Made by a program: the position numbers and the translations under genes
Part shown: positions 56,029-64,000 of the stretch, piece after piece
Position numbering within the stretch: the first letter of the stretch is position 1
Layout: each line of letters opens with the position of its first letter
Assembly (NCBI GenBank): GCA_964605525.1
Contig: CAZSCV010000006.1
Location: 434 to 64,433 of the forward strand
From: an uncultured Bdellovibrionales bacterium
GTDB taxonomy: Bacteria; Patescibacteriota; Minisyncoccia; Moranbacterales; UBA9337
Direction of reading: 5' to 3'
DNA length: 64,000 bases
The notes under the pieces: generated by a model
Databases searched by the model: none
Told to the model about the DNA's origin: nothing
Seen by the model: the letters and a program-made list of their open reading frames with translations, nothing else

Positions 56029-56068
56029 TATTACCATATTTTGAAATGTTGAAATATTGTAATATTTC
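56029..56068. repeat. 40-bp direct repeat, copy 2 (upstream of the TrpR-like gene)
   Basis: Identical to 55449-55488. Confidence 0.92.
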
Positions 56069-56101
56069 TTATTATCAACTATTTTTTAATTTCAATGAAT
56101 A

Positions 56102-56470
56102 TTAAATTCTTTTTAAGGATTCGAAATTTATTTTAGGGTCGTTTTTATCGAAAACATCGATGACTTTGTATTTTCCTTTTGTCCAAATTTCTCCGTTTTC
56201 CAAAAAATGGGTCGCTTCCAGGATTTTTATGCTGGCAATCGGACGGGACAATTTTTCATCGCCTCCGGTTTTGCAAAGCGGAATTTGACCGCCACCCCAA
56301 AACTCACTATCACTGAGCCAATACAATCTTTGACCTTTTTTGAGAAATTCAAAAACCTCTCCCACCTTGAGGTTCTCCGGTACACATTCTTGGATTTCCC
56401 TTTTTCCGGATTTATGCTCAGAAATATCCCTCAGCGCCAAATCCGGATTAAACTCAACAACAATTCCCAT
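56102..56470 (-). CDS. Hypothetical protein
   Basis: 122-aa ORF, co-oriented, 11 bp after the upstream gene. Confidence 0.75.
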   Translation of the reverse strand: MGIVVEFNPDLALRDISEHKSGKREIQECVPENLKVGEVFEFLKKGQRLYWLSDSEFWGGGQIPLCKTGGDEKLSRPIASIKILEATHFLENGEIWTKGKYKVIDVFDKNDPKINFESLKRI

Positions 56471-56481
56471 AGTATTTTAAA

Positions 56482-57351
56482 TTAATTAGCACTATATTTT
56501 CCTTTAGTGAATCCATTATTAAAATATTCTAAATCATCACTTTCTAATAATTTTTCAATATTATAGCCCTCATTTATTTTATTTTCTTTAAAAATCTCTT
56601 TTTTAGGTGCCACTTCATGGTGTGTCAAAAGACCCATTTCTGGCCAATACATTTTTCTCTCCCAATTCCCATCTCCATTAATATGAGAATGTACAGGTTC
56701 TCTGTCTTTTAAAATAAATATTCTCTCAAAAGCTCTTTTTCTAGCTGAACCGCCAAATTTTTGCTCCCTTGCAATCGCTGTCATAAAACGCATCAACGTT
56801 AATTTCTCCAGCATTACATTTCCACCATTTTTATACAAAAACAATTCTCCGTATTTTTTATAAAACTCTCCATAATTAACAGGAAACATTTTATATTTTC
56901 TCGCCCATTTTAAATTAACAATAAAAAAATCAACTGCCATACCAACATCTTTTATATCATTTTTTTCAGCCACTCCCCAAGCGCAAGTAGTCAAAAGAAG
57001 CCCTTCCTTATCCATTTTATTTATAATATCCTTTAAATAATTTGGATTAATAAGCCATGTATCAGCAGCTAAGATAATTACATAATCAACATCATTTTTA
57101 AATTTTTTTATACCAACATCAATCAAATCTGATGCGCCTTGAAAATGCCAAGTATTTTTTGTTGTTATTAGATAATCTTCTAGATATCTTTCGGGATACC
57201 ACTCTTTTTTTCCGTTAAAAGAATGGATAATTTTTACGTTATCAAAAAAAACATCCTTTTGCCAAACATTTCTGATAATTTCCATGTTTATCCTGGCATC
57301 ATCCACTCTATTGTAGGTATAAATCAAAACTCCAATATTCTTGTTTTTCAT
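56482..57351 (-). CDS. Glycosyltransferase-like (GT-A/GT2-like) protein, very AT-rich
   Basis: GVLIYTYNR, DYVIILAADTW. Confidence 0.55.
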   Translation of the reverse strand: MKNKNIGVLIYTYNRVDDARINMEIIRNVWQKDVFFDNVKIIHSFNGKKEWYPERYLEDYLITTKNTWHFQGASDLIDVGIKKFKNDVDYVIILAADTWLINPNYLKDIINKMDKEGLLLTTCAWGVAEKNDIKDVGMAVDFFIVNLKWARKYKMFPVNYGEFYKKYGELFLYKNGGNVMLEKLTLMRFMTAIAREQKFGGSARKRAFERIFILKDREPVHSHINGDGNWERKMYWPEMGLLTHHEVAPKKEIFKENKINEGYNIEKLLESDDLEYFNNGFTKGKYSAN

Positions 57352-57357
57352 AATAAT

Positions 57358-58809
57358 TTATGCCTTACTCCTCACTGGTGGAAAGATTACTGTTTCTCGG
57401 ACTGATTTGTTCATTAGGAAGGCGAAAAGGCGTTCGGAGAAGCCGAAGCCGAAGGCGGGGGGCATTCCATATTCCATCGCCTCGATAAAATCCTCATCCA
57501 GCATTTGCGCCTCCTTGTCTCCCGCTTCGCGAAGCTTTACCTGATCCTCAAATCTTTTTCTTTGTTCAATTGGATCATTAAGTTCGGAAAAAGCATTGCA
57601 AAGTTCAGATTTTCCCGCCACCAATTGCATACGCAAAACCTTTTTCGGATTATTTGGATCGCTTTTTGCCAAAGGAGAAACTTCGATCGGATGCCCGACC
57701 AAAAAACACGGCTGGATCATTTTTTGACGAACAGTTTTTTTGTAAATCGTATCAATCATTCTTCCTTTTCCATATTCTTTTTCATACTTAATTCCCAATT
57801 CATCCGCCTTCGCTTTTAAAGCTTCGGCGGACAAGTCCGCTTCATTTAAATCCAACCCTGTCTCTTTTTTGAAAGCGTCAAAATAATCAACTCTCGGAAA
57901 AGGTTTGTTCCAATCTATTTTATTGCCCTCGAACTCTGTTTCATACCCCCCGATAACATTAATAACAATAGTCTTGAAAAGCCTTTCGGAAAATTCCATT
58001 CCTTTTTCTAAATCCGAATAAGCCCAATAAAATTCCATATGATCAAATTCCTGGAGATGCTCACGATCCATTCCTTCATTGCGAAAAACCCTTCCAATTT
58101 CAAAAACCTTTTCATATCCACCCACTAAAAGCCTCTTGAGTGGAAGCTCCAGAGAAATGCGCAAATACAAATCTTCATCCAACGCGTTGTAATGCGTGAC
58201 AAAAGGATCCGCCTCCGCTCCGCCGGGAATATGTTCCAAGACCGGAGTTTGCACCTCCAGAAAATCTTCATTCACCAAAAAATTACGGATAGTTTGCCAA
58301 AAGATATTTTTCTTGCGAAAAAGTTTTCGCGTTTCGGAGTTAGAAAGCAAATCCAAATATCTTCTTCGCAAAAGCTCTTCCGTATCTTTGATGCCAAAAT
58401 GTTCAGTCGGAATTGGACGGATATTCTTACTCAGAACTTTCCAATCATGCACTTCCAAACTTTTTTCTTCCTTTTTTGTTTTGAAAAGTTTTCCACTTAC
58501 TTGGACAAAATCCCCCAGCTCAATATTTTTTACAAATAACTTATATTTGTCTTCGGGAATATTTTTCTTATTTAAAAATAATTGCATTCTTCCTGTTTCA
58601 TCTTCGATATGCGCAAATGCCGAACCGCCCATTGGTCGCAATGAACGGACACGTCCAACAAGAAAAATTTCATCTGTTATCGTGTCGAATTCATCCAGAG
58701 CCTCTCTATTGCTCATTGAACGCTCGGATTTTTCCGGAAATATTTCCATTCCGGATTCTCTCAAATTATTCAATTTTTCCAATTTAGTTTGCAAAATATC
58801 TTCTCTCAT
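57358..58809 (-). CDS. lysS: Lysine-tRNA ligase (class II)
   Basis: RRRYLDL, GGAEA.PF.T, YLRISLE, RVFRNEG, SPLAK, ELNDP, YGMPP. Confidence 0.97.
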   Translation of the reverse strand: MREDILQTKLEKLNNLRESGMEIFPEKSERSMSNREALDEFDTITDEIFLVGRVRSLRPMGGSAFAHIEDETGRMQLFLNKKNIPEDKYKLFVKNIELGDFVQVSGKLFKTKKEEKSLEVHDWKVLSKNIRPIPTEHFGIKDTEELLRRRYLDLLSNSETRKLFRKKNIFWQTIRNFLVNEDFLEVQTPVLEHIPGGAEADPFVTHYNALDEDLYLRISLELPLKRLLVGGYEKVFEIGRVFRNEGMDREHLQEFDHMEFYWAYSDLEKGMEFSERLFKTIVINVIGGYETEFEGNKIDWNKPFPRVDYFDAFKKETGLDLNEADLSAEALKAKADELGIKYEKEYGKGRMIDTIYKKTVRQKMIQPCFLVGHPIEVSPLAKSDPNNPKKVLRMQLVAGKSELCNAFSELNDPIEQRKRFEDQVKLREAGDKEAQMLDEDFIEAMEYGMPPAFGFGFSERLFAFLMNKSVRETVIFPPVRSKA

Positions 58810-58888
58810 ATTGATTTTTAGATTTTGATTAAGAAATTTATTAGACATTCCTAATTTACCGCATTTAAAGCAAAAATGCAATAAAACA

Positions 58889-58924
58889 AAAAAGAACAGA
58901 CTTTTAAAGTCTGTTCTTTTTTTA
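58889..58924 (-). terminator. Terminator between greA and lysS
   Basis: AAAAGAACAGACTTT-t-AAAGTCTGTTCTTTT. Confidence 0.8.
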
Positions 58925-58941
58925 TTATCCGCAGAGAATGC

Positions 58942-59397
58942 CTATTTCACTTCTAAAATTCTATATTTCACTTTTCCTCCCGGAGTTTCTACGACAACGT
59001 CATCTCCTTTGCACTTTTTCATAAAAGCTCTTCCCATCGGGGATTCATTGGAAATTTTCATTGATGCCGGATCAGTTTCATTGGATCCTACGATTTGAAA
59101 ATCCATTTCACTTCCATTAAATTTTACTTTTACCAAAGAACCCATCTCGACACAATCAGAATTGAATACCTTCTCAACAACTTCAGAATTTTTAATCATA
59201 ACTTCAAGTTGAACGATGCGTGTTTCATTTTCCGCTTGTTGACGCTTGGCTTCAGAGTATTCTGCATTCTCGCTCAAATCTCCCTGCTCTTTCGCTTCCT
59301 TGATTGCCTGGGCAATTTCCTGGCGAACAACTGTTTTTCTGTTTTCGAATTCATCTTGTAATTTCTTGAATCCTTCCTTTGTGATTAATCGTGCCAT
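58942..59397 (-). CDS. greA: Transcription elongation factor GreA
   Basis: GDLSENAEY, ISNESPMG. Confidence 0.97.
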   Translation of the reverse strand: MARLITKEGFKKLQDEFENRKTVVRQEIAQAIKEAKEQGDLSENAEYSEAKRQQAENETRIVQLEVMIKNSEVVEKVFNSDCVEMGSLVKVKFNGSEMDFQIVGSNETDPASMKISNESPMGRAFMKKCKGDDVVVETPGGKVKYRILEVK

Positions 59398-59656
59398 GTT
59401 TTTTGTTTTTCCTGCTAAATAATCAAATCAAGCAGAATTATAATTAGGTTAAATTACCAATAAAAAAGTACCACCCGAAAGCAGTAATTTGAGTTAAATT
59501 TTACAAAAACTTAATGCAATGATATCAGAATATCCATCAAAGTCAAGCTTCTGTATTAGAAGAGTACATCTTCTCTAAAATAAAGCTTTTCTTGAGTTTT
59601 ATACTTCAAGAATAACACCGCCTTTTTAACCAAAAAATTCAAACTTTTACACCACA

Positions 59657-60904
59657 CTATTCATATCGAAGTGCCTCCATCGGAGAAACCTGCGAAGCTT
59701 TGCGAGCAGGATACATTCCAAAAATTATTCCGATAATTATCGAAACCAATGCCGCTACAATCACCGACCAAAATGAAATTAAAAACGGCCAGGTATATCC
59801 AAGTGCTTGAACTATTTCCGAAATTACAAAAGAAAACAAAACCCCGATAATAATCCCGATCATTCCGCCTAAAAAGGATATCGTTGCCGATTCAACGAGA
59901 AATTGCCAGGCGATATCCAAATTTCTAGCTCCAATAGCCTTGCGGAGTCCCACCTCACGAATCCTTTGATTTACCGCAATCAGCATCACATTCATAATTC
60001 CCACCCCTCCGACAATCAAAGAAATAGTTCCGATGGATAAAAGAAAATATCTCAATACATCAGTAACATTGGAAATTGTTTCCACTGCCGCCGCCTGATC
60101 TCGCACGGAAAAATCATCATCGGCCGGATCGTCAATATCATGCTGGTCGCGTAAAGTTATCTTCGTATTTTCAATCGCTACGCCAATCAGATCACTGCTC
60201 CGCACTTTCAATCTCGCAAATCCAAGATGGTTTATTCCCAAGAGTAAATTTTGTGCAGTTCGAAGCGGAACATATATCGTATCATTCTGACTGGAAGTAC
60301 CGAAAGCTGCACTGCTCCTGTTTTTCAAAACCCCGATAACCGTGAAATTATTATCATCTATTTTTATTTTCTTATTCAAAGGATTTTCCGTCCCAAAAAT
60401 TTCTTCAGCCACAGAGTTTCCCAATACTGCCACTCTGGAAAGATTTATTTCTTCTTCTTCATTCAAAAATCTTCCTGTTTCTATTTCCGCATTTTCCACG
60501 TTAATATAACTTGCCGTCGTTCCTGTAAAAGAAAAAGAGGGATCTTCTTCCTCATATTTCACCTTGCCCGTTCCCATGACATATCCCGCAACATCCTCAA
60601 CTTCCGGGATATTTTTCCCATCTTTCATAGCTTGCAAATCATCATAAGTGAGAGTAGTAATAGAAATTCCCAATGCTGCTGCTGGCGGACCATCATCACT
60701 GGAAGCGCCCGGAAGAACTCCAATCAGATTCGAACCGATTCCGCGGATTTGATCAAGAATCAATTCTTGAGCAGAAAGACCCACTGCCATAATGATAATC
60801 ACTGAAGCTACTCCGATAATAATTCCCAAAATAGTTAAAAAAGAACGGAATTTCGCCGCTACCAAATTCTTATATGAAATTTTAATGGGATTCAAAATCT
60901 GCAT
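59657..60904 (-). CDS. MacB-like ABC transporter permease
   Basis: RSFLTILGIIIGVASV, GGVGIMNVM, EVGLRKAIGA, PMEALRYE. Confidence 0.93.
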   Translation of the reverse strand: MQILNPIKISYKNLVAAKFRSFLTILGIIIGVASVIIIMAVGLSAQELILDQIRGIGSNLIGVLPGASSDDGPPAAALGISITTLTYDDLQAMKDGKNIPEVEDVAGYVMGTGKVKYEEEDPSFSFTGTTASYINVENAEIETGRFLNEEEEINLSRVAVLGNSVAEEIFGTENPLNKKIKIDDNNFTVIGVLKNRSSAAFGTSSQNDTIYVPLRTAQNLLLGINHLGFARLKVRSSDLIGVAIENTKITLRDQHDIDDPADDDFSVRDQAAAVETISNVTDVLRYFLLSIGTISLIVGGVGIMNVMLIAVNQRIREVGLRKAIGARNLDIAWQFLVESATISFLGGMIGIIIGVLFSFVISEIVQALGYTWPFLISFWSVIVAALVSIIIGIIFGMYPARKASQVSPMEALRYE

Positions 60905-60924
60905 AACAGATTAATTTATAATTT

Positions 60925-61659
60925 TTATTTAAGCATTTCTCCATCTCGGGCAATTCTTCTTTCTTTGACAATTTCATCACTTGCGATTTTCCCGTCTTTC
61001 ACATATAAAATCCTCTTGGCATGCTGAGCGGTAAAAGTTTCATGGGTTACCAAAATAATCGTATGCCCTTCATTATTTAGTTTCTGTAAAATTTTCATTA
61101 TCTGCGTTCCGGATTTCGAATCCAAATTTCCCGTCGGTTCATCGGCAAAAATCAGGGCGGGATTATTTACCAAAGCTCTGGCAATCGCCACTCTTTGCTT
61201 TTCCCCTCCAGACAACTGATTGGAAAAATAATTCATCCGATGCTCCATCATAACCGAATTCAAAGCTTCTTTGATTTTTTCCTCATTACTCCGATCGCGC
61301 CCGATTATTTTTCGGTCGTATAACAAAGGTAATTCCACATTTTCAAAAACGGTTGTCCGCGGAAGCAAATTGAAAGTCTGAAAAACAAATCCGATTTTTT
61401 TGTTGCGCAAATCCGCCGAATAATCATCGGAAAAATCTTTAGTATTATTTCCATCAAAAAGATATTCTCCTTCGGTCGGTCGGTCCAGAAATCCCAAAAT
61501 TTGCATCAAAGTTGATTTTCCACTTCCGCTCGGTCCCATAATCGCCACAAACTCCCCTTTCTCCACGGAAAAATCAACCCCGGAAACCGCCTGGGTCTTT
61601 ACGCCTTCATTATCATAAGTCTTATAAAGATTTTTTACTTGTAATAGTGGAACTGTCAT
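60925..61659 (-). CDS. MacB/LolD-like ABC transporter ATP-binding protein
   Basis: GPSGSGKST, IGFVFQTFNLL, LSGGE, ADEPTGNLD. Confidence 0.95.
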   Translation of the reverse strand: MTVPLLQVKNLYKTYDNEGVKTQAVSGVDFSVEKGEFVAIMGPSGSGKSTLMQILGFLDRPTEGEYLFDGNNTKDFSDDYSADLRNKKIGFVFQTFNLLPRTTVFENVELPLLYDRKIIGRDRSNEEKIKEALNSVMMEHRMNYFSNQLSGGEKQRVAIARALVNNPALIFADEPTGNLDSKSGTQIMKILQKLNNEGHTIILVTHETFTAQHAKRILYVKDGKIASDEIVKERRIARDGEMLK

Positions 61660-61667
61660 AAGAAAAA

Positions 61668-62663
61668 TTATTTCGAAAATGTTACCACTTTGTCGCCTTC
61701 ATTGATTCCGGAAATTATTTCGATCATCCCGCTATCGCCTTTGAGTCCCGTTTTTACTTCCACTTTTCTGGTTTTATTCTCTGCCAATAAAATTTCCACC
61801 ATCTTGACTCCATTTTCCGTTTTAACCGCCCGCTCGGGAATCATCAAAACATTTTCCTTTTTTGCCGTCAAAATATCCGCATCCAGACTCATTCCAATTT
61901 TTATTCTGTCATCAGATCCAATCAATTTCATTTTTGTTCTGTAATATACCACTCCTTGAATAACAGTCGAGGCAGGATCAATCTCCATCACTTCCGCTTC
62001 AAAAATATCCTCGTTGGAAAGCGCATCGAAAGTCGTTTCTGCTTTTTGTCCCGAACTCACTTCGGCAATATCCGACTCGGGAATATTTGATTCTATTTCC
62101 ATATTTCCTTCACCTGCAACAGAGATAACAGCCATTCCAACTGTTGCCACTTCTCCCTCCTCAATATCAACCGCTGTCACAACACCATTAAAAGGAGCAT
62201 AAATTTTGGTTTTTTCCATTTGATTTGCTACCGTCCTCACTGCCGCTCGCGCTTTTTCAGAGGTGTCTTTCTGGGCTTGTCTTTCTTCAGGCTTAAGAGA
62301 ATCCCAGTTTCTTCTGGCCAATTTTTCCGCTTCAACCTGAATGCTCAATGCCAACTTCGATTCTTCAAGTTGCGACTGCAAAACGCTGTCATCAACCTGA
62401 GCCAATAACTGCCCCTCAGTGACATTATCTCCAATTGAAACATCCACAAGGCTTGCCCGCCCAGAAAGTTCAAAAGCCAAATCGACTTGATTTTCAGAAA
62501 CCATCATTCCGGTAACTGACACTGTTCTTTTAATATCACCCCTTTTTACTTCTTCGGTAATATACTCGACGGCTGACTTCTTGGACTTTGAATACCAAAA
62601 ACCCCCTGCGATAATTATGGCAAACACAATAATCCAAATTATTCTTTTCTTTCCCTTTGACAT
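61668..62663 (-). CDS. MacA/HlyD-like membrane-fusion adaptor
   Basis: N-terminal TM, SGR...V.IGD.V.EGQLLA, IYAPFNGVV, IPE.AV, G..EGDKV. Confidence 0.92.
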   Translation of the reverse strand: MSKGKKRIIWIIVFAIIIAGGFWYSKSKKSAVEYITEEVKRGDIKRTVSVTGMMVSENQVDLAFELSGRASLVDVSIGDNVTEGQLLAQVDDSVLQSQLEESKLALSIQVEAEKLARRNWDSLKPEERQAQKDTSEKARAAVRTVANQMEKTKIYAPFNGVVTAVDIEEGEVATVGMAVISVAGEGNMEIESNIPESDIAEVSSGQKAETTFDALSNEDIFEAEVMEIDPASTVIQGVVYYRTKMKLIGSDDRIKIGMSLDADILTAKKENVLMIPERAVKTENGVKMVEILLAENKTRKVEVKTGLKGDSGMIEIISGINEGDKVVTFSK

Positions 62664-62717
62664 ATATTTTTTAAATTTTTTAAATTCTGCTTTCTGAAAT
62701 AAAATTTTTATAAAAAA

Positions 62718-63146
62718 TTATAGCAGTCTTACTTGTTTCTCTTTTTCATCCAATGCAAAATTAACCATCTCATCGGCAATTTTGTTTTTTTCTCTCGGCA
62801 CGTGAAAAAATGAAACTTTTCCAAAATCCAACATCAAATTCCAAATTTCAATAAAATATTTTTGAATTCTCTCTTCTTTTAATTTGTACTTGTGCGTGAG
62901 CTGTTTAACTACCAATTCGCTATCCAAAAAACATTCCAATTCTGTTTGTTTAGCCTTGGTTTTTCCCAACAGTACTTTTGTTTTTTGCAAACCCAAAATG
63001 AGCGCCTCATATTCCGCTTCATTGTTGGTTTTTTCTCCAATACATTCTCCGAATTTTTTTCCAAGAGTTTCTATCCAAACCCCCACTGCCGCCGGCCCAG
63101 GATTCCCCCGCGACCCGCCATCAGTATACATTACAATTTTTTCCAT
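62718..63146 (-). CDS. rnhA: Ribonuclease HI family protein
   Basis: YTDGGSRGNPGPA, TNNEAEY, DSELVVKQ, HVPRE.N..AD. Confidence 0.88.
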   Translation of the reverse strand: MEKIVMYTDGGSRGNPGPAAVGVWIETLGKKFGECIGEKTNNEAEYEALILGLQKTKVLLGKTKAKQTELECFLDSELVVKQLTHKYKLKEERIQKYFIEIWNLMLDFGKVSFFHVPREKNKIADEMVNFALDEKEKQVRLL

Positions 63147-63239
63147 ATGCAATAATTTTACCATCCAAACGATTTACGGGCAAATAAAAAATCCCAACCC
63201 CTCTTTCGAGTGTCAGGATTTCATTTTACAAACCAAAAG

Positions 63240-63881
63240 CTAAACGGTTTCTTGGGATACAAACTTGCGCACATTCCAATAAATTATAATTATTAAAATC
63301 AACAACTGCAAAAAGCCCAACCAAATCCCAGAAATTATATTACCGTCCAAATAGGAAAAAATGCTACCAACCATAATAATAAACCATGAATCCCATGGCT
63401 CCATCCATGGCTGTTTTTCTTCCCTCATTAAATCTCGAATCAACGGAAGCGCAGCTATAGTCATTCCCACTAGCGAACAGATTAGCGCCCAAAATTTATT
63501 TTCAGCGAAAATAAATACAATGCCTGCTAAAAACACTACAACTGTCGTCAGTGAGTCCCATAATTTATCCCAACATATGTTTTTCCTCTTAAGAAGGACA
63601 AAGCAAATAAATGAGGTTCCAATCGTATAAGCTATCAACTGCAAGTTAAAATATCCTTGTTTAATTGATGCAATAGTTGCAATCACATCCAATAAAAACC
63701 ACAGCAACCACGTTGTAATTGAGGGGGGGAATTCTCTGATAAGAATTCTTTTTATATATAACCAGTAAACTAATATACTGGAAAGTATAATAAGAATTCC
63801 ATATCCACTAATCTTAACAGACAACTTATAGCCAAATACATCAATAAATGAATCAATGATACATTGGGATAATAGTTCCAT
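63240..63881 (-). CDS. Hypothetical polytopic membrane protein
   Basis: AAGGAG SD before ATG 63881, ~7 TM, P....TW.LW and EP..SW motifs. Confidence 0.7.
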   Translation of the reverse strand: MELLSQCIIDSFIDVFGYKLSVKISGYGILIILSSILVYWLYIKRILIREFPPSITTWLLWFLLDVIATIASIKQGYFNLQLIAYTIGTSFICFVLLKRKNICWDKLWDSLTTVVVFLAGIVFIFAENKFWALICSLVGMTIAALPLIRDLMREEKQPWMEPWDSWFIIMVGSIFSYLDGNIISGIWLGFLQLLILIIIIYWNVRKFVSQETV

Positions 63882-64000
63882 AATTCTCTCCTTCAAAGAA
63901 TTGTTGGATGATTTATTGTAAAATGACTTCAATTTCCAGGATTTTTCCCAAAAAAATGAGATGTTTGACACATCAATGAACAGTAGCGCATTTACACCAA

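Noticed and set aside
56001-56030. NrdR boxes (CACTATATAT)
   Set aside because: Only the 5' half matches, and the 13-bp spacing differs from typical tandem NrdR boxes.
56102-57480. Island integrated at the lysS 3' end
   Set aside because: There is an apparent composition shift, but no duplicated lysS end, integrase or boundary repeat.
1-64000. Alternative genetic code (TGA = Gly)
   Set aside because: Genes are full length under code 11, several end in TGA, and RF2 is present.

Overview
AT-rich bacterial chromosomal segment, with genes almost all on the - strand. It uses genetic code 11 (TGA is a stop and prfB is present). Gene content and style suggest a Patescibacteria/CPR genome (Parcubacteria, Moranbacteria-like); this is an inference. 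Housekeeping genes: frr, rseP, ftsEX, frameshifted prfB, tyrS, serS, lysS, a single-chain organelle-type PheRS, pyrG, rplI, rpmA, greA, rnpB, three tRNAs and a four-subunit pyruvate:ferredoxin oxidoreductase operon. There is also a dispersed surface-glycan locus (GT4s, Wzy/WaaL, Wzz-like, GT-C, GT2-YdjC fusion, priming transferase), a MacAB-type exporter and a nucleotide house-cleaning operon. Most interesting signals: (1) a self-contained, operator-controlled three-gene cassette encoding a lipoprotein, a LysM + ~12-strand beta-barrel protein of inverse-autotransporter-like layout and a small secreted protein, in an apparently monoderm cell; (2) an unannotated Trp-Phe6 leader peptide with a full terminator/antiterminator switch, followed by a 30-bp perfect inverted repeat and an orphan ORF; (3) a ~450-nt structured transcript with promoter, terminator and small ORFs; (4) a cohesin-dockerin surface gene cluster; (5) families of tiny palindromic and heptamer repeats inserted in tRNA copies, RNase P RNA and coding sequences. 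All domain calls are by eye from motifs; no database searches were run.
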